Of a stretch of 64,000 nucleotides of DNA, positions 57,070 through 64,000 are shown one piece after another. The DNA is from Eubacteriales bacterium (GTDB lineage Bacteria > Bacillota > Clostridia > Oscillospirales > CAG-272), in the NCBI GenBank assembly GCA_045540115.1, contig JAZQGR010000041.1, forward strand, positions 36,638 to 100,637. The letters run 5' to 3'. How positions within the stretch are numbered: position 1 is the stretch's first letter; each line of letters begins with the position of its first letter. The position numbers and the translations under genes were made by a program. Below the pieces are notes generated by a model that was not told where the DNA came from, searched no databases, and was given only the letters and a program-made list of their open reading frames with translations.

Positions 57070-57366
57070 TTATTGTTGCCAAATAATTGGCTCCTTATTT
57101 TTCCCATTCATTGTTTGTGTAGTTGCTTCGATATCTTTCAAAACTTGTAAAATTTTGTTTGTCGTATTCATTTCACCAATCAACAGCTTAGAGTCTGGAA
57201 TTTCACATTCGAATTCATCCTCGACACCAACAATGATTTTAATGAAGGTAATAGAATCCATGCCAAGTTCAGATAGATCATCATCAAGCTTATCCTCGGT
57301 TACTTCTGCATTCTCGATGTTTGCGTTTAATATTTCTATGACTTTTCCAACAGTTATTTCTTTCAT
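57070..57366 (-). CDS. Acyl/peptidyl carrier protein-like (phosphopantetheine-attachment motif)
   Basis: LGMDSITFIKII matches the PP-binding DSL/GxDS motif. 98 aa, acidic. Confidence 0.6.
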   Translation of the reverse strand: MKEITVGKVIEILNANIENAEVTEDKLDDDLSELGMDSITFIKIIVGVEDEFECEIPDSKLLIGEMNTTNKILQVLKDIEATTQTMNGKNKEPIIWQQ

Positions 57367-58259
57367 TCAGATACTCCCATAAAAATACGCTTATTGATTG
57401 CAATTTTCTCATGATCTTTTTCGGTTAAATCGTCTTTTATCAAATCATAAAGATTACTTACTTCCAAGCGAGTATTGAAATCACATTTCCATTCTTTTCG
57501 TTCTTTAGCGCACAAACCGTAACAATTAAGTAAAGCTTCACCCTCTGGAGTTCTGAAAGCTTCTATGTATTGCTTAAGAATCTCATCATCAAACACCTGA
57601 CCGGTGTAATATAGAATATAGAACATGTAAGGAATGATCTCATATTCAGCACTCATTGCGTAAAGCTTGTCTAATGGAATTGTATCAAGATTGTTCTTTA
57701 GCAAATAATATACATCTTTGAACATATCATATTTGATACTCTTTCGAGTGGCAAGAAGGAAAATAGAGTTCATATCTTTGTAGTGGTGTAAAATGAGCTG
57801 AACCATTGCTTTTATCGGTGGCAATGTTTTAACCTTTACGCCGTAGATCGCCATTTCTATTGTGTCAGAAAGAAATTCTTCTATGTCAATTCGCTTGCCT
57901 TCGTATTCGCCCCAGAACAAGTCGAAATTTATATCGATAGTGATTTTTCCAAAATGTTCCGTTAATTTGCTCCAAGCAGAAGATTGATGTGACAGAATTA
58001 GTGTTAAGATTTGATTATACCGCCCCGTGGTTTCTTTGGCAAACCCGGAATGAATTAAATCGTTCTCGATATCTCTCATTTTTTTGCGAGCGATTAAAAA
58101 ATCTATATCAGAAGAACGACGTAGTCCTTCTTTACCATATATTAATTTAGTGAGCGGTTCACCCTTAATAATAGTATAACAAAGTAGATTCGTATTCAAT
58201 GTTTGATAAAAATACCTTGAAGCTATTTTGTATAATATAGAGTCTATTCCTGTACTCAT
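57363..58259 (-). CDS. Nucleotidyltransferase-fold protein (NTP_transf_5-like)
   Basis: GLRRSSDIDFLI fits the minimal nucleotidyltransferase hG[GS]...DhD motif. ATGA overlap with the ACP gene. Confidence 0.5.
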   Translation of the reverse strand: MSTGIDSILYKIASRYFYQTLNTNLLCYTIIKGEPLTKLIYGKEGLRRSSDIDFLIARKKMRDIENDLIHSGFAKETTGRYNQILTLILSHQSSAWSKLTEHFGKITIDINFDLFWGEYEGKRIDIEEFLSDTIEMAIYGVKVKTLPPIKAMVQLILHHYKDMNSIFLLATRKSIKYDMFKDVYYLLKNNLDTIPLDKLYAMSAEYEIIPYMFYILYYTGQVFDDEILKQYIEAFRTPEGEALLNCYGLCAKERKEWKCDFNTRLEVSNLYDLIKDDLTEKDHEKIAINKRIFMGVSE

Positions 58260-58272
58260 TTCAACCTACTTT

Positions 58273-60018
58273 TCACAAATCAACTTCCAACTGTTCAATT
58301 TGTGTATTATAAAGTTTCGCATATGCACCATTCATATGCATTAATTCCTTATGGGTTCCTTCCTCCACTATTTTTCCATTTTCCATATACAGAATCCTAT
58401 CAGCTTTGATGGCAGTAGAAAGTCTATGTGTAATAAAAATAGTAGTTTTGTTTCCAGAAACTTCGCATATTAGATCGTTTAACTCTTTTTCCGCTATAGG
58501 ATCAAGAGATGCATTGGCTTCATCAAAAATTAAAATATCACCTGTTTGGTAAAGCAGTCTTGCTATTCCTATCCGCTGCGTTTCGCCACCCGAAAAAACA
58601 AGACCTTCGTCATCATAATCTCTGTTAACTTGAGATTTTATACTGCATGAGTACTTATCCATATTAACCATTTGTAAAACGGAATTAATGTCTTTATCCA
58701 AATAGTTGTTGCTCATTGCAATGTTTTCGCCTAAAGGAATGGAATACAAGGATAAATTTTGAAAACAACACGCAAAACAGGCTCTTATCGAAGATACATT
58801 CATTACTTCATAAGGTACATCATCCATTAGTATTTCACCAGCAGTTGGCTCATAAAATCTTAGAAGCAACTTGAGTAAGGTGCTTTTTCCAGCACCATTG
58901 CGCCCTACGATAGCAACCTTTTCTCCTCTCTTTAGCTTGAAATTGATTTTTTTCAAAGTAAGATCTTTGTTTTGTGGATAAGAAAAATTTACATTTCTGA
59001 ATTCACAGATGTGGTTAAAATGTGCATGAATTCCGATGTGATAATTTTCCATTAAATCATTATCTAAAAAACTATAGATTTTATCAGCATACAATTTATG
59101 GGCTTTAAAATCTGTAATTGTTGAAACAACACTTTTTATACTATTTCTAAAGCTATTGCAAGCATTGAACATTGAAGCAAAAGATGCTATTGTATAGTAG
59201 CCAAATATTATCCTAATTCCTAAATAAAGCCACGTAACTAAAGTAAATAAAACAACGATTATTGATTGAATATTTTCTGCAAGCATGTTTTTTGAAGAAT
59301 ACTTTTTTATAAGAGCAATATTTCTATCTGTACAAGTACGCAATTGGTTCTTTAAGACATCACCGATCCCACTACATTTGGCATCATATATAAATGACTT
59401 GTCATACATAATTCTGCCGATATAACTTTCCTGACGATCCAAGGAAGCCTTCTGATTTCTATACTCATAATCATTTTTTACTTTTATTAATTGTGGAATC
59501 AAACCTATTACTGCACTAAAAACTGCAAAAACAATCAAATATGGGTCTGTGGTTACTATAAGTGCTATAACTGTTCCAATTGAAGCAAATAGACTCATGA
59601 TATTAACGCATGATTTCCAAATAGCAATACACCTAATATCAATATCTTGAGATGCTAACACAAAATGGTCGTAGAAATCAGGGTTGTCAAAGTTTCTTAC
59701 TTCGGATCGTTTTACAGCCTCAATAATATCTAGTTTAAATATCATTGATATTCTTTTTTCTCGTGTAGGCATGTATATGTGCGATGCATATCCATCCCAG
59801 ATTAGATTCACCAAATTAAGGATAAACATTGCCAACAAAATAAGTAGCGCCTTAATAACACTTTTATCATCAGCGATGCTTTCCAAAAATAATTGTAGAA
59901 AAAATATATCAATAAGTGGATTGATAATTCCAACAGGAATCGCAATTAAAGACACAAACATATACTGTTTGTCAATTTTCAATAATTGCTTGATCATCCT
60001 CAGAATAGAATTTTTCAT
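58273..60018 (-). CDS. ABC exporter, fused permease and ATPase, RiPP cluster 3
   Basis: TM domain, then Walker A GRNGAGKSTLL, signature FSGGETQRIGIARLL, Walker B ILIFDEANASLD. Confidence 0.8.
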   Translation of the reverse strand: MKNSILRMIKQLLKIDKQYMFVSLIAIPVGIINPLIDIFFLQLFLESIADDKSVIKALLILLAMFILNLVNLIWDGYASHIYMPTREKRISMIFKLDIIEAVKRSEVRNFDNPDFYDHFVLASQDIDIRCIAIWKSCVNIMSLFASIGTVIALIVTTDPYLIVFAVFSAVIGLIPQLIKVKNDYEYRNQKASLDRQESYIGRIMYDKSFIYDAKCSGIGDVLKNQLRTCTDRNIALIKKYSSKNMLAENIQSIIVVLFTLVTWLYLGIRIIFGYYTIASFASMFNACNSFRNSIKSVVSTITDFKAHKLYADKIYSFLDNDLMENYHIGIHAHFNHICEFRNVNFSYPQNKDLTLKKINFKLKRGEKVAIVGRNGAGKSTLLKLLLRFYEPTAGEILMDDVPYEVMNVSSIRACFACCFQNLSLYSIPLGENIAMSNNYLDKDINSVLQMVNMDKYSCSIKSQVNRDYDDEGLVFSGGETQRIGIARLLYQTGDILIFDEANASLDPIAEKELNDLICEVSGNKTTIFITHRLSTAIKADRILYMENGKIVEEGTHKELMHMNGAYAKLYNTQIEQLEVDL

Positions 60019-60019
60019 G

Positions 60020-60325
60020 CTATATCAATACCTTTGCAAGTATGTTTTCCTTTAAAAAGGGCGGATCTGGTAGTACTACATTGTCACCTTTTGTTATAAC
60101 CATATCAGTGTCCATTTCTATGATGCGGTGTGCAATAATCTTGTTGTCATCTTTATATAGCACAATGTCGCCCACACAATACTCATTACTACTGAGCTTT
60201 ATAGCAGACAAAATAGAGGCCTCGTTCAAAGCAGGTTGCATGCTATTACCATATAATTTAAAGGTGAATATCTTTCCGCTCGGCATCGACTTGATTATAT
60301 TATAAAACAAATCGGCTATTTTCAT
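60020..60325 (-). CDS. S24/S26-family serine peptidase (signal-peptidase-I/LexA-like), candidate leader peptidase
   Basis: YGNSMQPAL (Ser nucleophile box, compare GDSMxPTL) and GDIVLY; 101 aa; 2 nt from the ABC gene start. Confidence 0.55.
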   Translation of the reverse strand: MKIADLFYNIIKSMPSGKIFTFKLYGNSMQPALNEASILSAIKLSSNEYCVGDIVLYKDDNKIIAHRIIEMDTDMVITKGDNVVLPDPPFLKENILAKVLI

Positions 60326-61368
60326 TTGTTAACAACCATATCATCAAACATTTTTTTTATTGATTTAGCTTTTAAACAACATTGTTTTTGATCATATTCC
60401 TTTCGTGCTGGACAGTATTCACACAATAATTTTAAATTACAGGAATAGCATTCGGTATTCTCGTCAATTTTCTTTGAAATTCTATCTGCTATTTTTCCAC
60501 ACCAATCAATAGGCAGATCTTGGACATTCATCAATGTAATATCAGAAATGCAAGTTTTAATATTTCCCATCGGATCGCACGCTATGCCAACTTTTCCGGC
60601 TCTACATTGAAACTCATTATGTTTATACAAGGAGAGATTATTGTCCTCAACGATCTTGTACAACTTTTCTATATGATTAAAAAGGCCGTTTTTCATTTTA
60701 ATGAATTCAAGTAATTCATTCTCATCAAGTATTAATGAAGAATTATGCCCATTAAACTCCACATCATATCCATATCTGTAATCACAAGCCAACTCTTTTT
60801 TTACAAATTGTTCAATCATATCAATTTCCCGAAAATTGGTTTTCATTACTGGAGTTTTTAATGTGATAGGAATCCCTAACGCCTTTAATTTAATCACATT
60901 TTCTATCAGCAAATTGAAGGATCCTTTCAATTGCGTTATATACTCATGGGATTTCGAGTGGCTTCCATATATTGATGTTTCAATGCGATTAGGAGGGTGC
61001 TTTTTAAATTCATTCAAGTGCTTTTCGTTGAGAAGTAAGAGGTTAGAAAAGATTATGATTTTTGCTCCTTTATTCCAAAGATATGAATAAAGTTCGAGAA
61101 AATATGGAACCACCAACGGTTCTCCTCCCGATATGACAAAAAGAAATATGCCATTGGAAATAAAAATATCACAAGCACGCTTCCACTGCTCTAGACCTAG
61201 TTCATTTTCAACACATTCTTGATTAATATAACAATGTGTACATTTCAAATTGCATTTATAGGTTAATTCCAAATGGATGCTTAACGGTCGGTGTACCATA
61301 TTGAATATATCGTCATAGTTACCCCGAGCAAATTTTTCTACAACATGTATATTGTCTTCATTTCTCAT
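60322..61368 (-). CDS. Radical SAM / SPASM-domain peptide maturase
   Basis: LTYKCNLKCTHCYIN (CxxxCxxC), ISGGEPL, C-terminal Cys cluster (CYSCNLKLLCEYCPARKEYDQKQCC). Confidence 0.8.
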   Translation of the reverse strand: MRNEDNIHVVEKFARGNYDDIFNMVHRPLSIHLELTYKCNLKCTHCYINQECVENELGLEQWKRACDIFISNGIFLFVISGGEPLVVPYFLELYSYLWNKGAKIIIFSNLLLLNEKHLNEFKKHPPNRIETSIYGSHSKSHEYITQLKGSFNLLIENVIKLKALGIPITLKTPVMKTNFREIDMIEQFVKKELACDYRYGYDVEFNGHNSSLILDENELLEFIKMKNGLFNHIEKLYKIVEDNNLSLYKHNEFQCRAGKVGIACDPMGNIKTCISDITLMNVQDLPIDWCGKIADRISKKIDENTECYSCNLKLLCEYCPARKEYDQKQCCLKAKSIKKMFDDMVVNK

Positions 61369-61655
61369 TTCTGTTTTTCGATAACCTCATTTTCACGCAA
61401 AGATGATATTACATCATCGATATCATTTTTTATTTGCTCAAATGGAATTTGGAAATACTTTCTTTGAAATGATTCTTGAATATCCTCAATAGTAAAGCCT
61501 TGACGAATAAGTTGATATATTTCTATAGCTGAAGTGTTTAATACCAGTACGTTATTGTCATTTCTATTATTTGAAACAAGTGCGAGGTTAGTGTCATCCC
61601 CGTATTCAATTATACCAGATTTGATTTTGTATTTTGTCTTATCATTAGCACTCAT
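61365..61655 (-). CDS. PqqD-like RRE protein
   Basis: The 96-aa product is small and acidic (LVLNTSAIEIYQLIRQGFTIEDIQESFQRKY...DIDDVISSLRENEVI). It sits between the kinase and the rSAM gene, as in clusters 1 and 2. Confidence 0.5.
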   Translation of the reverse strand: MSANDKTKYKIKSGIIEYGDDTNLALVSNNRNDNNVLVLNTSAIEIYQLIRQGFTIEDIQESFQRKYFQIPFEQIKNDIDDVISSLRENEVIEKQK

Positions 61656-61670
61656 AATGCTTCCCCCTTT

Positions 61671-62510
61671 TTAATTAACTTCTTTATTAAGGTAATCAAC
61701 AATAGAACTGTCAGGTTTAAATTCTAGAATATAGCTTTGTACTTGACTAGAAAATTTTTGAGCGTTAAGTATAGTTTTTAACATTAATTTTTTATCCCAT
61801 ACAGGGTAATATATTTGTTTGGATAGCAAGGAAAACATTTCTTCAGATGAAATGCGATTAATATGGTTTAATTGATCTTTGCTATGACGCAAATAAATAA
61901 CGTTTTTTGCTGTAGAGGTTAAATTATTAATTGTGTTATTACTGCTTAGCCAATATCCAGCATTAATACTAGAATTTAAAGAGACAATTATTCTTTCATC
62001 ACTTAATATTAAAAAACCATTTTTTTGTAATATTGAACTTAATGTGCTTTTACCAGCTCCGCTTTGCCCAAAATATAGAAATGTTTTATTGAGATTAGAT
62101 GCGGCACCACCGTGCAAGACCAATTTGTTTTTTCTGGATAATATATCTGTCCATAGAAAGTCTTCCAAAGGAAGTGGCAGTTCAATCGGAATATGCGTAT
62201 CTTTATAATAAATTTGACATGTTTTTTTGGAAGGAATGTAATTTGCAATTATTCTGCTGTCAACTCCCAGTGTGATATAATACTCATTTTTGTGTTGATT
62301 CTTATAAACAAAAATATTATCATTAGAATACACTAAATTTGACCGTTCAACTTGTTCCCAACAAAAAAAAACATTTTCAGCGAGACTGATTCTCAAATCT
62401 ACGCATTGAGTATCGCAGGTAAATTCCTCCAGTAATGTTTCATGACCCAAAGTAATCGGATATACATATTGACATTTGACCGTTGAAATTTTAACGATTG
62501 TTGATTTCAA
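61671..62510 (-). CDS. HPr-kinase-like P-loop protein
   Basis: LYFGQSGAGKSTLSSIL Walker A. Confidence 0.65.
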   Translation of the reverse strand: MKSTIVKISTVKCQYVYPITLGHETLLEEFTCDTQCVDLRISLAENVFFCWEQVERSNLVYSNDNIFVYKNQHKNEYYITLGVDSRIIANYIPSKKTCQIYYKDTHIPIELPLPLEDFLWTDILSRKNKLVLHGGAASNLNKTFLYFGQSGAGKSTLSSILQKNGFLILSDERIIVSLNSSINAGYWLSSNNTINNLTSTAKNVIYLRHSKDQLNHINRISSEEMFSLLSKQIYYPVWDKKLMLKTILNAQKFSSQVQSYILEFKPDSSIVDYLNKEVN

Positions 62511-62594
62511 AAATATTTCATTCCTTTCTCAAAGTCAGTATAAAAAACGTGTGATCACTCTAACCGTAAAATAATAATCGAAAATTCAGGTTAT

Positions 62595-62647
62595 AGAGAC
62601 TGTATTGTATTTATAACCATATTATTTTAAAACACAATACAGTCTCT
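62595..62647 (-). terminator. Strong hairpin (14-bp perfect stem) between the precursor and biosynthetic genes; candidate attenuator or partial terminator
   Basis: AGAGACTGTATTGT...ACAATACAGTCTCT begins 8 nt downstream of the precursor stop on the minus strand and is followed by an A/T-rich tract. Confidence 0.45.
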
Positions 62648-62654
62648 CCCTCAT

Positions 62655-62792
62655 TTAGCTTTTACAAGGTTTTTGCGTAGTTTCGAGCTGATTGCTAGAA
62701 CAACCTTGCACGGATTGATTATTTCTACATGCTCCAATAGCACATAGTAAATCTTCCAGATTCATGATTGTAACTGTCGGTCGAATATACAT
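62655..62792 (-). CDS. Cys-rich RiPP precursor peptide 3 (45 aa; not in the ORF track)
   Basis: Hand-translated MYIRPTVTIMNLEDLLCAIGACRNNQSVQGCSSNQLETTQKPCKS, with a strong GGAAGGAGGTTAGAAC RBS and four Cys; directly upstream of the kinase/PqqD/rSAM operon. Confidence 0.6.
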   Translation of the reverse strand: MYIRPTVTIMNLEDLLCAIGACRNNQSVQGCSSNQLETTQKPCKS

Positions 62793-63662
62793 GTTCTAAC
62801 CTCCTTCCGTAATAGTAATTGATGGACATTTCTAGCGTCCATTTAAAATCATTCCAAAACTTCAAATTGCAAAGGAACTTGGCTTGAGTTTCGATAAAAA
62901 GCATAATTGCTTATACAAATAATATTACAATACAGTTAATATGAAACCCACTATAAATAAAAGCATAGGCTGCACCAAGACTGGCAATAAAAAGTTTCAA
63001 AAAAATCATTGACTTTTATATTTCCAAACATATCCGAGCATGAATAAATTGTTTTTCAGTACAGTCATTTTTCTCCCTTTTATTCAAATGAGTTTAATAA
63101 AAATTATCAATGTAAGCTGTTTCGTATTTATTATAACATGCGCTTCTGTATTTTGCAATATTTAAAATGATGGATATTGAAATTTCGTTAAATTTAGACA
63201 TATAAGTCTCGATTTTTTATAGTTTTCACATCATATTCTTTGTTAATTTGACGAAAATGCACTCTCCGGGCGTTTCATTTTGGGGCATAACTCTAATACT
63301 TAAGGATACGAACATATGCGCTTTAGATTTGCCTGTAGCCATACATCTGTTACTTGTTCCCCGTATACTAGTTTTGATATATGCCTTTGTCTGGGAGTGA
63401 GATAGCATGGGCACAGCAAATAACGAAACGAGGTCATAATATGAATAATCTCGTGGCGTTGCCACTCTCACTCAAAGCGATTCCCTATATGTTTCTCATC
63501 GAGCGTTCCTGGCCACGCGGCTCCTTCAGTCTGCTTCACAGACAGCTTCATCACGGAAAAAACCTTTGTCACAAAACGTTCTGCACTGGCTCTTATTTGC
63601 TTTCTTCTCGCCAGTAAACCTCTTTCCAACCGCACGAATATCGCGTGATTTTCGTTGCACAA

Positions 63663-63708
63663 TAAAAACAGATCGTAGCCGATCACCTCAGCTACGATCT
63701 GTTTTTAC
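63663..63708. terminator. Bidirectional intrinsic terminator
   Basis: AAAAACAGATCGTAGCCGATCACCTCAGCTACGATCTGTTTTT. Confidence 0.55.
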
Positions 63709-63842
63709 TTATAAAATTCCATTAACGCAGTACAAACAAGCTACATATACCGCCTTCCGACCAAGCAGCCGCTTTAATATACGAAGATATTTGCTCGGCC
63801 CTCAAGGTAGTACAACTAGGTCGTTTCCAACTTTTTTTCATA

Positions 63843-64000
63843 TTAAGCTCCTTTCTTATTTATAATTTTATTAAGTAAATTTATAATGTTTGCAATGTAT
63901 GTTCTATTCAAGCTATATAAAATAGTTTTGCCCTCATTGCGTGTTTTAACCAACCCCGCTTTTGTCATAATATTAATATGGTGATATGCTGTAGATCCGG
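63843..64000 (-). CDS. ArsR/SmtB-family transcriptional regulator, C-terminal part (N-terminus beyond the window end)
   Basis: Minus-strand translation gives ...AYHHINIMTKAGLVKTRNEGKTILYSLNRTYIANIINLLNKIINKKGA*, matching the ArsR recognition-helix/wing motif (VSHHLKxLxxAGLVxxRxEGRxxxYSL). Confidence 0.55.
   Translation of the reverse strand, partial: GSTAYHHINIMTKAGLVKTRNEGKTILYSLNRTYIANIINLLNKIINKKGA

Noticed and set aside
63226-63865. ORFs 63226..63471, 63381..63617, 63468..63686 and 63566..63865
   Set aside because: No RBS, overlapping frames, and translations that look non-protein-like. Only the minus-strand ArsR C-terminal fragment at 63843 and beyond is supported.
1-64000. CRISPR arrays, rRNA, tmRNA
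   Set aside because: No regularly spaced direct repeats with unique spacers, and no rRNA-like conserved stretches, were seen on inspection.

Overview
The 64-kb window looks like a Clostridia-type (Firmicutes) chromosome and falls into two parts. The first ~33 kb has ordinary GC content and carries core and accessory metabolism: nagB-nagA amino-sugar catabolism; GH35, GH43 and other glycoside hydrolases; AraC regulators; an MFS transporter; a PadR-DUF1700-DUF4097 triad; an RsmF-like rRNA methyltransferase; a DUF1836/NfeD/flotillin operon; and a family of secreted Cys/His-repeat proteins, two of which look like extracellular nucleases. From about 33.1 kb to the window end the sequence becomes strongly AT-rich and mosaic. 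It contains IS3-family remnants, an XRE gene, three tandem large serine recombinases (the middle one lacking the catalytic domain), a DinG-like helicase, a sigma-70 region-4 protein and an ArsR fragment, so it is an integrated mobile element or island. The notable cargo of that island is three paralogous but divergent RiPP-like biosynthetic clusters. Each pairs a radical-SAM/SPASM maturase with a PqqD-like RRE protein, an HPr-kinase-like P-loop kinase, and a small Cys-rich precursor peptide. One precursor (45 aa) is too short for the ORF track and was found by hand. The clusters also carry variable accessories: ABC exporters, a MutS-like ATPase, an S24/S26-type peptidase, a nucleotidyltransferase and an ACP-like protein. 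To my knowledge this rSAM + HprK-like kinase combination has not been characterised, and it is the best candidate for an undescribed system in this window. No CRISPR array, rRNA or convincing tRNA was seen.
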